Of a stretch of 64,000 bases of DNA, positions 9,805 through 19,859 are shown in pieces; position 1 is the first letter of the stretch, and each line of letters begins with the position of its first letter. A program made the position numbers and the translations under genes. The notes below the pieces were generated by a model that was not told the origin of the DNA, searched no databases, and saw nothing but the letters and a program-made list of their open reading frames with translations. Source of the DNA: Fibrobacteria bacterium (GTDB taxonomy: Bacteria; Fibrobacterota; Fibrobacteria; UBA11236); assembly GCA_041746255.1 (NCBI GenBank), contig JBGTHM010000039.1, forward strand, positions 27,701 to 91,700. Direction: 5' to 3'.

Positions 9805-9833
9805 TTGACCGGCGGAACGCTTGGCTGTATCTT
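9805..9833 (+). promoter_or_regulatory. Putative sigma70 promoter of the DAHP synthase gene
   Basis: TTGACC-17 nt-TATCTT, about 80 nt upstream of the ATG. Confidence 0.45.
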
Positions 9834-9862
9834 TTTACCGCCTATGCGCAAACAGAATTTTC

Positions 9863-9894
9863 AAACCCCGGGGCCGACTCGGGGTTTCTTGTTT
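9863..9894 (+). terminator. Terminator/attenuator-like hairpin
   Basis: AAACCCCG (9863-9870) pairs with CGGGGTTT (9880-9887), followed by CTTGTTT. Confidence 0.45.
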
Positions 9895-9910
9895 CAAGGG
9901 TTGAAGGAAT

Positions 9911-10963
9911 ATGAAACGCACCGAAGACTTGAATGTAACGCAAACTCAGCCGCTCATCTCGCCCCGCGAGTTGAAATCGGCCTTTGTCATGGACGAAACG
10001 GCGAATAATGTCGTCATTCAAGGTCGGGAAACCATTCAGAACATTTTGCGGGGGAAAGATAAACGGCTTTTGGCCATTCTCGGACCCTGTTCCATACACG
10101 ATCCCGAAGCCGCGCTCGACTATGCCCGAAAGCTCGCGGCTGTAAGCGAAAAAGTAGCGGATCGCATCGTCGTGGTCATGCGGGTGTATTTCGAGAAACC
10201 TCGCACGACTATCGGGTGGAGGGGTCTCATCAACGATCCGCATCTCGACGACTCTTGCGATATCGAAACCGGGCTGCGTATCGCGCGAAAACTTCTGCTC
10301 GATATCAATCATCTGGGTCTGCCCGCCGCCACCGAATTTCTCGATCCCATCGTCCCGCAATATATCGCCGATTTGGTGAGCTGGGCCGCCATTGGAGCGC
10401 GCACTACCGAATCGCAAACGCATCGTCAAATGGCCAGCGGCTTGTCAATGCCCGTGGGTTTCAAAAATGGAACCGACGGCAATGCGCAAGTCGCCATCGA
10501 CGCCATGCAATCGTCGCGCAGCGCGCATAGTTTTCTCGGACTCGATCCTGACGGAAGAACCTGCGTAATCAAAACCAAAGGCAATCCCTGGAGCCATCTG
10601 GTTTTGCGCGGAGGACGGGATAGGACCAATTACGATGCGAAGAGTGTCGCGGAGGCGGTGGAAAAAATCCGCAAGGCCGGCTTGGAAGAACGCCTCGTCG
10701 TCGATTGCAGCCACGGAAATACCAATAAGCAGCATGAATTGCAGGAAGTAGTGATGCAAAGCATACTGAGCCAAAGAAGCGACGGCAACCGCAACATTAT
10801 CGGAGTAATGGTCGAAAGCAATCTTTTCGGAGGCAGCCAGAAAATCAACCCGGATCGCTCCAAAATGCGGTACGGTGTTTCGGTAACCGACGATTGTATC
10901 GATTGGGATGCGACCGAACGCATTCTCCTCGAAGCGCACGCGGCCATGGCCAGGGTGGAATAA
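9911..10963 (+). CDS. 3-deoxy-7-phosphoheptulonate (DAHP) synthase, class I-alpha (AroF/G/H family)
   Basis: [42 protein letters not shown] and DCSHGN motifs. Isoenzyme type not determinable. Confidence 0.97.
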   Translation: MKRTEDLNVTQTQPLISPRELKSAFVMDETANNVVIQGRETIQNILRGKDKRLLAILGPCSIHDPEAALDYARKLAAVSEKVADRIVVVMRVYFEKPRTTIGWRGLINDPHLDDSCDIETGLRIARKLLLDINHLGLPAATEFLDPIVPQYIADLVSWAAIGARTTESQTHRQMASGLSMPVGFKNGTDGNAQVAIDAMQSSRSAHSFLGLDPDGRTCVIKTKGNPWSHLVLRGGRDRTNYDAKSVAEAVEKIRKAGLEERLVVDCSHGNTNKQHELQEVVMQSILSQRSDGNRNIIGVMVESNLFGGSQKINPDRSKMRYGVSVTDDCIDWDATERILLEAHAAMARVE

Positions 10964-10966
10964 ATT

Positions 10967-11260
10967 TCATTCCGCCGGGGGAGGTAATTTATCCGCTCTA
11001 TCCGGCCCGGGCAGGAAAACCAAACCGATCAGGGCGAAAGCCACGATGAGAATCAGCGCTTGAACGCCTACCGCCACCCAGGCTGAGCCGCCTAATTCTC
11101 CGAAAAACCGGTTGGTTAAGAAAAGGGCGGCGGGGAGTAACACGAAAATTCCCAATAGCACCCAACTGCTGCGTTTTTCCAGATCGACATGCCGCGCCCT
11201 GCGCTTCAGCCATAAAAAACCGGCCAATACCACGGCAGCTAACACCAGATTTTCCGCCAT
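10967..11260 (-). CDS. Small membrane protein (about 3 TM), unknown function
   Basis: 97-aa ORF with three hydrophobic segments that fills an intergenic gap. Confidence 0.65.
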   Translation of the reverse strand: MAENLVLAAVVLAGFLWLKRRARHVDLEKRSSWVLLGIFVLLPAALFLTNRFFGELGGSAWVAVGVQALILIVAFALIGLVFLPGPDRADKLPPPAE

Positions 11261-11338
11261 AGGCGATTAAGATACCTATTTTATGAGAGTACACTCGGGA
11301 AAGCGAATTCCGCTTTCCAAGTAACATAGGAGGTCTTC

Positions 11339-11806
11339 TTGAAAAAACGGTTTCATCTCGGGCATTATCTTGCGATTGCGTCGCTGTTTATGGTTCTTTC
11401 TTCCGGACAGGCAAGGGCGCAGGCCTCGGGTTTGGGGTTGGGAGTCATTCTGGGCGAGCCCACAGGCCTAAGCCTTAAAAATTGGTTGGGCGGCAGCACG
11501 GCTCTCCATGCCGCTTTAGCCTGGTCGTTAAGCCATAATAATGTTTATGCCCATGCGGATTACGTATTTCACAATTTCAATATCGTCCGGGTCGACGTGG
11601 GAAGGTTGGCGGTGTATTATGGAATCGGTGGTCGCTTTTACGCGGCGGACGATCCGGGAGTGGGAGTACGCGTTCCCATCGGCTTAAACTATCTCTTCGC
11701 TGATATGCCCTTGGATGCCTTCGTAGAATTGGTGCCGGTTTTGGCGGTGTTGCCCGATACCGATTTCGACTTGTCCGGAGCTATCGGACTCCGGTATTTT
11801 TTCTGA
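11339..11806 (+). CDS. Small outer-membrane beta-barrel protein (DUF3996-like)
   Basis: Signal peptide, GLGVILGEPTGLSLK motif, C-terminal GLRYFF aromatic end, AGGAGG RBS. Confidence 0.8.
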   Translation: MKKRFHLGHYLAIASLFMVLSSGQARAQASGLGLGVILGEPTGLSLKNWLGGSTALHAALAWSLSHNNVYAHADYVFHNFNIVRVDVGRLAVYYGIGGRFYAADDPGVGVRVPIGLNYLFADMPLDAFVELVPVLAVLPDTDFDLSGAIGLRYFF

Positions 11807-11846
11807 TAACGACTTAGTCCTTCACCTGATTAAGGAGTGAACGCCG

Positions 11847-14123
11847 ATGATATTGCGATGGTTACCTTGGAAATACGTCATTCGCCGCGCCGCGCATGCG
11901 CATGGCTTCCTCGATCCTCTATCCATACTTGGCCGCCTGGGAAATTTCGCGCAACCTTCCGAAGTCACCGAGCCGGTGGAGTTGTTGCGCGCCGGACTGG
12001 TCTTCCATGCCCGGGGCCTAATCAATACCCGCGCCATTCAGAACAATCTCGACTGGGTGTGGCCTTATTGGGTGGAGCGCCAGTTTAATCCGCGCGATCC
12101 TTCTTTTATCCCCCGGGGTTTTTCCTTCAGCCATATCAATCTCTCGCACCGGAATTGGACCGCGGTAGGCGTGCCCGACTGTCCGTTTCTACCCTTGGTC
12201 GATCCTACCGGGTTGGTCACGCCTTTTATCGATGGTTGGTCGCTCGACGGTTGGATATTGCGTGAAGACGGAACCCGACTGCTTCCTTCCAAACTCAAGG
12301 AAAACAAGGAAATCCATCAAAACCTGATTCTGGAACCGGACGGGTTCGCCGTGGAAACGCAGGTTAAAAAAGGCGATATGACTTTGAAAAGCCGGGTGGA
12401 AGTGATTCTAAACGATGGGGAGCCTTATTGCATTATCCGCTACGAAGCGAAATCGCGCAAGCCGGGATGGGTGGCCGTATCCCTTCGGCCTTATAATCCG
12501 GAAGGGGTGAGCTTTGTAAAAAGCGTGCATTTTCACCCCGGGCAGGCTATCTGGACGATCAATGGCGAGCCTTGCGTCCGGTTCGTGGAGCCGGTGGAAA
12601 GTCATGCGGTATCCGAATATCGCCAAGGCGACGTATTGTCGCAATTGCCGCATCCCTCTCCCAATCTTTACCAAACCCAATGCAAGGTGGAAATGGCCAC
12701 CGCGGCGGCTTTGTTCCCTCTCGACGACAAAGGCCGGGGAGTGGTCACGGTTCAGGTGAAGTTGCACAAGGACAAGGAAACCCTGGACCGGTTCGGCAAA
12801 AAATATAAGGCGGTTCCCTGGCAGAAGGCTTTGGCCGAAACCTGCTCACTCAGCGTCCCTGATACCCGGTTTCAAAATCTTTTCGACATCGCGGTGCGAT
12901 CTTTGTTATTGCATTCGCCGGGAGAGGTTTTTCCCGGGCCTTACACGTATAAGCGATTCTGGTTTCGCGACGCGGCGTTTATGCTCGATGCCCTGCTGGC
13001 GGTCAACCTTCCGGATAGGGTCCGTCGCACCCTGGAGATTTTCCCGGAAAAGCAGACGGTAATGGGCTATTTTCTCTCCCAGGAAGGCGAGTGGGATTCC
13101 AATGGCGAAGCCATATGGATAATCAACCGTTATTGCGAGGTAACCCGCTCCTCTGCTCCCGAACATCTGCTCAACGCAGTGCGCCGAGGGGCGGAATGGA
13201 TTTGCCGCAAACGTATCCGGGGCGGTAAAGACGAACGGGTGGAAGGCCTGTTTCCCGCGGGTTTCAGCGCCGAACATCTGGGTCCCAACGACTTCTATTA
13301 CTGGGACGATTTCTGGGGCGTGGCGGGATTGCGCGCCGCAGCGGCGCTCTTTGATCGCGATGGATACGCCCAAGAGGCGGAACGGTTCCGAAGAGAAGCG
13401 GACGATTTTCAACAGGCGATAGATAGGAGTATAGCCCTCACCCAGAAAGAAGGCGGCTTGGGCCGAGCCGTTCCGGCGGCTCCCCGCAGACGCATGGACT
13501 CGGGAGCCGTGGGATCCCTCGCGGCGTCATACCCATTGAAGCTCTATCCCTTAGCTGATGAGCGTATGTTGGAAACCGCCCTCTATTTGCGCAAGCACCA
13601 TAGCGTACGTGGGGCCTTCTTCCAGGATATGATCCATTCCGGCATCAACGCCTACCTCACCTTGCATATCGCCCAGGTCTTGCTGCGCGCGGGCGATGCC
13701 GGGCATTTTGAATTGGTGGAGAAGGTGGTCGACCTCGCGTCGCCGACGGGTCAATGGCCCGAAGCCATCCATCCCCATACCTTGGGCGGTTGCATGGGGG
13801 ATGGCCACCATGCCTGGGCCTCGGCCGAGTGGGTATTGATGATACGCAGCCTGTTCCTGATAGAGGAGGAGGATTCTCTCATCCTTTGTGCAGGCATTCC
13901 ACGCAAATGGCTGGATCAGGGGAGTCCTCTGCGTTTCGGCCCGACACCTACCCGGTTCGGTACCGTTACCGTCCATGTCCGCCCTGAAAAAGGCCGGGTG
14001 AAAGTGGCCTGGGAGGCCGATTGGAAAGGGCCGCAGCCCCGGATTGAGGTGCGCCTCGAGGGCGCGGAAACGGCGGAGAGGCCTGCGAAAGGTATTGCTG
14101 CGGTGGCGATAGACCGGGTTTAA
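11847..14123 (+). CDS. Six-hairpin (alpha/alpha)6 glycosidase-like protein
   Basis: PGPYTYKRFWFRDAA, GEWDSNG, YYWDDFWG and GQWPEAIHP...GDGHHAW motifs typical of inverting glycosidase-like barrels. Lies next to a sugar ABC transporter. Confidence 0.75.
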   Translation: MILRWLPWKYVIRRAAHAHGFLDPLSILGRLGNFAQPSEVTEPVELLRAGLVFHARGLINTRAIQNNLDWVWPYWVERQFNPRDPSFIPRGFSFSHINLSHRNWTAVGVPDCPFLPLVDPTGLVTPFIDGWSLDGWILREDGTRLLPSKLKENKEIHQNLILEPDGFAVETQVKKGDMTLKSRVEVILNDGEPYCIIRYEAKSRKPGWVAVSLRPYNPEGVSFVKSVHFHPGQAIWTINGEPCVRFVEPVESHAVSEYRQGDVLSQLPHPSPNLYQTQCKVEMATAAALFPLDDKGRGVVTVQVKLHKDKETLDRFGKKYKAVPWQKALAETCSLSVPDTRFQNLFDIAVRSLLLHSPGEVFPGPYTYKRFWFRDAAFMLDALLAVNLPDRVRRTLEIFPEKQTVMGYFLSQEGEWDSNGEAIWIINRYCEVTRSSAPEHLLNAVRRGAEWICRKRIRGGKDERVEGLFPAGFSAEHLGPNDFYYWDDFWGVAGLRAAAALFDRDGYAQEAERFRREADDFQQAIDRSIALTQKEGGLGRAVPAAPRRRMDSGAVGSLAASYPLKLYPLADERMLETALYLRKHHSVRGAFFQDMIHSGINAYLTLHIAQVLLRAGDAGHFELVEKVVDLASPTGQWPEAIHPHTLGGCMGDGHHAWASAEWVLMIRSLFLIEEEDSLILCAGIPRKWLDQGSPLRFGPTPTRFGTVTVHVRPEKGRVKVAWEADWKGPQPRIEVRLEGAETAERPAKGIAAVAIDRV

Positions 14124-14251
14124 ACTGAAAGGCCCATTCCCGACTTCCTCGGTCTAGGGGAGTTCCCGATAGGCCACGTGACCGGCCTAAAAACAGGCCA
14201 ACCTTAGTATATTAAACCCAATCCCCATCCTAAACTGGAGAGTGTGCGCTG

Positions 14252-15538
14252 ATGACTATGAAAATGCATTTTGCGGGAATTCGGACCGCATGGATTCTCT
14301 TGATTTTTTCCCTTTCTTCCGTGACCGCTAAACCGTTACAACTCTGGGTGAACTCCGATACGGACCGAAAATATTATGAGAACATGGTCAAGCTTTACCA
14401 GAAAGACTTCGATCCGAAGTTCAAAATGGATATTCGCTCCTACGGTTTCGTCGAGATGCCCGACAAGCTTTCCATCGCCATTAAAACCGGCATCAACGCG
14501 CCCGACATCGTGCAAATCGATGAGCTCTATTTCAGCCTCTTTTTGAAACCCGACGACATGCCTTTTCTCGATCTCACCGAAAGGATCAAGAAAAGCGGCC
14601 TTGAGCGCGGAATGATGCCGCAACGGATGCGCCTCTTCGAGCATAAGAATCGATATTACGGGCTCCCCCAATCCATCAGCGCGGTGGTGCTTTACTACCG
14701 GGCCGACGTCTTCGAAGAATTGCAGATTTCCCCGCGCTCCATCGACACCTGGGACAAATTCATGGAAGTGGGCAGGCGGCTGAAAACCGGCAACCGCTCG
14801 CTTCTGGCTATGGATTGGTCTTATTTCGAAATTCTCTTGCGCCAGCGTGGCTATGACCTCTTCGATACCGACGGCAAAGATCGCCTGCTGGATTCCGTGA
14901 CGGTGGAAACCCTGGACTTTCTGGTGAAGATGTCCCAGGAGGGAGTCGGTGAAAATCCGGACCGGGGTTCCATTTTCGATGCGACTTTTTTCGGCGGCGA
15001 CGTAGCGAATAACGAAGTGATGGCTATCATGGGCGCGGGCTGGTACGGGCTGGATATGATTCAAAATCTCTCTCCCCCGGAATTAATCGGCAAGTGGAGG
15101 GCAATGCCGCTGCCGACCTGGACCGACGACAAATCGAATAAACGCACCACTTCCACATTTTCCGGTCAAGGCCTGGTTCTATTTTCGAAAACCAAGCGGG
15201 CCGACGATGCCTGGAAATTCGTACAATGGGTGATGGAAAACCCGGAAGCCAATGTACAACGCTACCTGCAGGGCAATTGCATTACGCCTTTCCGGCCGGC
15301 ATGGGTGGATATGCGCTTCAACCGTCCCGACTCCACTTTCGGAGGCCAGTCGCTGGGCGCGATAACTCTTGAACTCGCATCCCAAGTTCCCGCCATGGTT
15401 CAGGACCCACGCCGGATTATCGTAGTCAATTTGCTACGCGAAAATTACTGGCAATCCCTGATGGATGGAACGACAAGCGCGAAGGAGGTGCTTACCGCAA
15501 TTCGCGCTGAACTGGGCAAGGGGAAATCCCGGAAATAA
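14252..15538 (+). CDS. Carbohydrate ABC transporter substrate-binding protein
   Basis: Signal peptide; APDIVQID, YGLPQS...LYYRAD and AWKFVQW motifs; first gene of a CUT1 operon. Confidence 0.9.
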   Translation: MTMKMHFAGIRTAWILLIFSLSSVTAKPLQLWVNSDTDRKYYENMVKLYQKDFDPKFKMDIRSYGFVEMPDKLSIAIKTGINAPDIVQIDELYFSLFLKPDDMPFLDLTERIKKSGLERGMMPQRMRLFEHKNRYYGLPQSISAVVLYYRADVFEELQISPRSIDTWDKFMEVGRRLKTGNRSLLAMDWSYFEILLRQRGYDLFDTDGKDRLLDSVTVETLDFLVKMSQEGVGENPDRGSIFDATFFGGDVANNEVMAIMGAGWYGLDMIQNLSPPELIGKWRAMPLPTWTDDKSNKRTTSTFSGQGLVLFSKTKRADDAWKFVQWVMENPEANVQRYLQGNCITPFRPAWVDMRFNRPDSTFGGQSLGAITLELASQVPAMVQDPRRIIVVNLLRENYWQSLMDGTTSAKEVLTAIRAELGKGKSRK

Positions 15539-15550
15539 TGGGGGAGAGCC

Positions 15551-16438
15551 ATGAGCGCCCAGCCTGGCTTGAAACCTTTCCCCAAAGCCTATTTAGCGCC
15601 CTTTTTATTGGGGTATTTGGCTTTTTGGCTCATCCCCCTGGTGGAGGGCTTCGGGTTAAGTCTGCAAAGCGACACGCGCTTTAAGCAAAGCGAATTCGTG
15701 GGTGCGCAACACTATCTCAACCTTTTAGACGATGGCCGGTTTTTCACGGCCTTGCAGAATACGGGCCTCTATGCTTTTGGCACCATTGCGGTCATATTGC
15801 CCTTGTCCCTTTTGTTGGCAAGCCTGCTACGAGGCGCTTTAGGCCGATTACGCGGGATCTACGCTTTTCTCCTCCTGCTCCCCGGCTTGACCCCTCCTTC
15901 GGTACTGGCGTTTTTGTTCCTGATGGTATTCAGCGGCCCCAGGGGATATCTCAACGCCGGTCTCGAGCTTTTCGATTTGGGACCATTCGGTTGGTTTCAA
16001 GATCCCGTCTTCATCCGCCTGTCCTTGGTTTTACAGGCGGTATGGCGGTGGACGGGCTTCGCCACGCTTTTTCTGGCAGCGGGCATGGATTCCATCCCCC
16101 GATCACTTTATGAAACCGCGCGTTCCGAAGGGGCGGGGGTGTGGCAAAGATTCGTCCATGTAACTCTGCCGCTACTACGTAACGTAATCATCTTCGTCTG
16201 CGCGTTTTTATTGCTGGACGCCTTCGTGCTATTCGAAGGAGCATATGTTTTGCTGGGAAGCTCGGGCGGGCCGGGCGATGCCGGATTATTGCTGGTTTCC
16301 TATGCCTATTTCACCGCCTTTACCCTGGGGCGTTTCGGGTCCGCGGCGGCCATGAGCTTTTCGCTTATACCCCTGGTTTTGCTCATGCTCGGCGTTTTGT
16401 TTCTGGTTTTTGGACGACGACGCGGGAAGGAGGCTTAA
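15551..16438 (+). CDS. Carbohydrate ABC transporter permease 1
   Basis: Multiple TM segments; EAA loop LYETARSEGAGVWQRFVHVTLP. Confidence 0.92.
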   Translation: MSAQPGLKPFPKAYLAPFLLGYLAFWLIPLVEGFGLSLQSDTRFKQSEFVGAQHYLNLLDDGRFFTALQNTGLYAFGTIAVILPLSLLLASLLRGALGRLRGIYAFLLLLPGLTPPSVLAFLFLMVFSGPRGYLNAGLELFDLGPFGWFQDPVFIRLSLVLQAVWRWTGFATLFLAAGMDSIPRSLYETARSEGAGVWQRFVHVTLPLLRNVIIFVCAFLLLDAFVLFEGAYVLLGSSGGPGDAGLLLVSYAYFTAFTLGRFGSAAAMSFSLIPLVLLMLGVLFLVFGRRRGKEA

Positions 16439-16445
16439 ACCCGTC

Positions 16446-17306
16446 ATGCTGCCTTCGCTGGGATTTAAAACTCTTTCTCCCGATCGTCGCCGCCTGGCAC
16501 AACGGATCGGCATCAGTTTGATGCTTTCCCTGCCCTGCGCCTTTTTCGCCTTTCCTTTTCTCTGGATGCTTTTCTCGGTTTCCAAAACCAATCTGGAGAT
16601 TTTCACTCCCCTTAAATTCTTTCCCGACGCTTATTCCTGGGATGCCTTTCGGGCGCTGCTGGGCGGCGAACATATTCCCTTCGTAAGGCAATACGCCAAT
16701 TCCCTGTTTATCGCTTCGGTGCAATCCGTGGGGGCGGTTGCCGTTTCCGCCACCGCCGGATTCGTTTTCGGCCGCTACGAATTTCCCTTTAGACGTACCC
16801 TGTTGGTGCTGGCCGTGTTTACCGTACTCATCCCCCGGCAGGTGCTGGTGCTTCCGCTATTTTTGTGGATGCACCGTTTGCATCTGCTTGATACGCCCTT
16901 CGCGGTTATCCTCCCCGGGGTGGTTACGGGCTTGGGAATCCTCTACTTCACCATGGTGTTCCGCAGGGTGCCGGGCCATTTGTTGGATGCCGCGCGCATG
17001 GAAGGAGCCTCCGAATACCGGGTGTTTCGTTTCGCGCTTCCGCTTGTCCTGCCCTCGCTGCTTACCTACGGGCTCATCCATTTTATCCTGGCCTGGCATG
17101 AGCATATCATTCCCCTGGTCATGCTCAACACGGAAACCCGCTTGACGGTGCCCTTGGCGCTGAGCAGCCTTTACGGGGGTGACATGCGCGTTCCCTACGC
17201 CATGCTCATGGTCGGCTCGCTGGTAACGGTATTGCCTACGGCATTGCTGTATTTTTTCTTGCGGCGCCATTTTCAATCATCCCTGGCCGACCTTACTTCG
17301 CGATAG
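16446..17306 (+). CDS. Carbohydrate ABC transporter permease 2
   Basis: EAA loop LLDAARMEGASEYRVF and TM segments. ATG at 16446 follows AGGAGG. Confidence 0.92.
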   Translation: MLPSLGFKTLSPDRRRLAQRIGISLMLSLPCAFFAFPFLWMLFSVSKTNLEIFTPLKFFPDAYSWDAFRALLGGEHIPFVRQYANSLFIASVQSVGAVAVSATAGFVFGRYEFPFRRTLLVLAVFTVLIPRQVLVLPLFLWMHRLHLLDTPFAVILPGVVTGLGILYFTMVFRRVPGHLLDAARMEGASEYRVFRFALPLVLPSLLTYGLIHFILAWHEHIIPLVMLNTETRLTVPLALSSLYGGDMRVPYAMLMVGSLVTVLPTALLYFFLRRHFQSSLADLTSR

Positions 17307-17316
17307 GAGGAGATGC

Positions 17317-18456
17317 TTGCCTTACCTTTCATTCCGAAATGTCGGTAAAACCTTTGCCGGTACGGTCAAAGCCGTAAACGATTTCACGCTGGAGATAGGC
17401 GAGGGTGAACTTGTCACCCTGGTTGGGCCGTCGGGATGCGGAAAATCCACTTTGTTGCGGCTGACGGCCGGGTTGGAAGACCTTACCACCGGTGAAATCC
17501 TGCTCGCGGGCAAACCCGTGCACCACCTTCCCCCCGGGCGTCGCGACATGGCCATGATGTTCCAGGATTATGCGCTGTTCCCGCATATGACGGTGGAGGA
17601 AAACATGGGCTTCGGCCTGCGCATGCGGGGCCATGCCAAACGCGAGGTCTCGGAAAGCGTGCGCGAAACCGCCGCTTCGTTGGGATTGGGCGACTTGCTG
17701 GCCCGCTTTCCTTCCGAATTGTCGGGAGGGCAAAGACAACGTACCGCTTTGGGGAGGGCCATATTGCGCCGTCCCCGCGTTTTTCTGATGGACGAGCCCT
17801 TATCGAATCTTGACGCCGAGCTGCGCCAGCGTATGCGCGTGGAGCTTAAAGAATTGCACGGACGCCTCAAGACCACCATGCTTTTTGTTACTCACGATCA
17901 AAGCGAGGCCATGACCCTGGGCGACCGCATCGTGGTCCTGCGCGACGGGACTATCCAGCAGGTTGACACGCCGCTTAGGCTATACAACAAGCCTGAAAAT
18001 GAATTCGTGGCGGGTTTTTTCGGCTCTCCCGGAATGAATCTCCTGCCGGGCCACGTCGAGAAGGATGACGGAGGCCTTTGGTTTCGGGGTGCAGGGTTCC
18101 GGGTAAGAATCGCCACGGGTGAAGCGACGCTCAGGGATGCATCCGGAGCGGAAGTCGTCGAAGTCACTCTGGGTGTGCGGCCGGAGGGTTTCACCCACAA
18201 GGATGAGTCCGTTACCCGAGAAGGGGAGGGAATCGAAGGAAGGGTAAGGCTTTGGGAACAAATGGGTTCGCACCTGCTGCTTTATTTGCGCTGCGGGTCC
18301 GCGGAGGTGGTGGCGCGCATGGAAAGTGGGTGGGAATCCGCCGCGATTCCCCATGTAGGTGAGGCCTTGCGACTCTCCATCGACATGGCGCAGGCACATT
18401 TTTTCGCAAAAAAGACGGGGATGCGGCTAACCCTGACAACGGCCGTCGCAAGTTGA
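17317..18456 (+). CDS. Sugar ABC transporter ATP-binding protein (MalK/MsmK family)
   Basis: GPSGCGKS, LSGGQRQR, DEPLSNLDA and VTHDQ motifs, with a C-terminal TOBE-like domain. Confidence 0.96.
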   Translation: MPYLSFRNVGKTFAGTVKAVNDFTLEIGEGELVTLVGPSGCGKSTLLRLTAGLEDLTTGEILLAGKPVHHLPPGRRDMAMMFQDYALFPHMTVEENMGFGLRMRGHAKREVSESVRETAASLGLGDLLARFPSELSGGQRQRTALGRAILRRPRVFLMDEPLSNLDAELRQRMRVELKELHGRLKTTMLFVTHDQSEAMTLGDRIVVLRDGTIQQVDTPLRLYNKPENEFVAGFFGSPGMNLLPGHVEKDDGGLWFRGAGFRVRIATGEATLRDASGAEVVEVTLGVRPEGFTHKDESVTREGEGIEGRVRLWEQMGSHLLLYLRCGSAEVVARMESGWESAAIPHVGEALRLSIDMAQAHFFAKKTGMRLTLTTAVAS

Positions 18457-18476
18457 ATAGATGCGACGGGGACGAT

Positions 18477-19673
18477 TCACATTAGAGCCATAAGTAGCGA
18501 ATCCGGAGCGGAAAAAAAACAAGCCTTCTCGGCGGAGGCCGAAACCGCTTCCTGCAAGGCCGGGTCCCGGGTGACGAAAAAGGCGGTAACCCGGGCGCCA
18601 TGGTTCTTGGCGACCTTAATCATGGGGAGATCCGCCCAGGTATCCCCGCAAATAAGCGCCTCTCCGGTCAGGGGTATTTTCAGGCGGCTCGAAAGGAACA
18701 AGAGTCCGTCTCCCTTGGTGAACTCCCGGAGCGAGCCCCCCGGTCCGCTTTCATCGACGGTCAGGAGAATTTCCACATCGAGTCCGGTATCTTCCAGCCG
18801 GAAATACTTTTGTTCGGGATCGGTTTCCCAAACGGCGGCTTCCACTTCAGCCTTGAATTGCGCGCTTAAAGCCGGGGAGGCCGAACGGGCGATGTCCTGT
18901 ATCGCTACCGTAAGTTGACCGAACTTTTTTTGCATTCCCGAACCAATGCGTGCAAACAGGCCGTAATGCGGAAGTTGCAGGAGGCGAGTGAGTTTTTCCT
19001 CCAGGCGTAAAAGTTTTTCCTCCTGGTCGGGGAGCAGCGTGTCGTGGCCGCAAAGGCCGTCGGGAGTCGAATACTCTCTGCCCTTCGACCCGGCATAAAC
19101 ACAGAGGTCCGACGGCATGACGTTGACATCGACCAGCCCGCCTCCTTTTAGTGGTGCGGAGGTCAGTACCATGGCCCGGGTGCAATACGCACGGATGAAG
19201 CGGGAGAGGATGACGGCGGCGTGTACCGGTTGCACCGAAGACCAATATCGGGCGCAATAATTATTGATGGTTCCGTCGCGGTCGGCGACCAGGATATCGA
19301 GTTTCGCGCCGGCCAGGGCCGCGGACCCGCTTTCGGCTTCCTGCTCCCATTGTGGATGTGATCCCCGCCACCATTTCCGGAAACTTCCGGCGTCCCGGCT
19401 CAAGTAGACGTCGTCTTTCTGCGATTCTCGGATTTCATAACCGATATCCAATGCCACCGGTTTTTCCGCTTCAAGAAACAGACGGAGGCCATCACGCTCC
19501 GGCAGGCTCGATAATTTCTGTAAATAATGTAACAAAAAATCGATATCCTTTTTTTGCGGAGATTCGTCGGCCAATAACCGGGAAGCCACGCGGGCGCGTG
19601 TAGCCCTCAAAATCGGCATGCTTTCGCGGAATTCCTTAAGATTCATTGTCGAGTGGGAATAGAAAGCGGGCAT
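18477..19673 (-). CDS. HAD phosphatase, nematode GOB-1-type trehalose-6-phosphate phosphatase homolog
   Basis: HAD motif I DRDGT followed by NNYCARYWSSVQP, VLTSAPL, GSKGRE, IGSGMQKK, KGDG and ICGDTWADLPM. N-terminal helical extension. Divergent from the TPS gene. Confidence 0.8.
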   Translation of the reverse strand: MPAFYSHSTMNLKEFRESMPILRATRARVASRLLADESPQKKDIDFLLHYLQKLSSLPERDGLRLFLEAEKPVALDIGYEIRESQKDDVYLSRDAGSFRKWWRGSHPQWEQEAESGSAALAGAKLDILVADRDGTINNYCARYWSSVQPVHAAVILSRFIRAYCTRAMVLTSAPLKGGGLVDVNVMPSDLCVYAGSKGREYSTPDGLCGHDTLLPDQEEKLLRLEEKLTRLLQLPHYGLFARIGSGMQKKFGQLTVAIQDIARSASPALSAQFKAEVEAAVWETDPEQKYFRLEDTGLDVEILLTVDESGPGGSLREFTKGDGLLFLSSRLKIPLTGEALICGDTWADLPMIKVAKNHGARVTAFFVTRDPALQEAVSASAEKACFFSAPDSLLMALM

Positions 19674-19859
19674 GGTTCAAAAAGTAAAACCTTCCCCAGC
19701 GCCGCAAAGGGGTATTCTGCGAAAATAACGCTGGATCGGTGCGTAGAGGAAAAACTATTTTGGGGCGAATGCCGGAAAGTTATTACAATTCGAGGTAACA
19801 CCCAAAATCAGGAAGGACAATCAACCGCGTCCTTCCATTCAGCCATAAGGAGACTTCCC

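Noticed and set aside
19653..19859. Upstream extension of TPS overlapping the phosphatase start
   Set aside because: GT20 homology begins at MRLVVVSNRLP with a clear RBS, so this stretch is the divergent promoter region.
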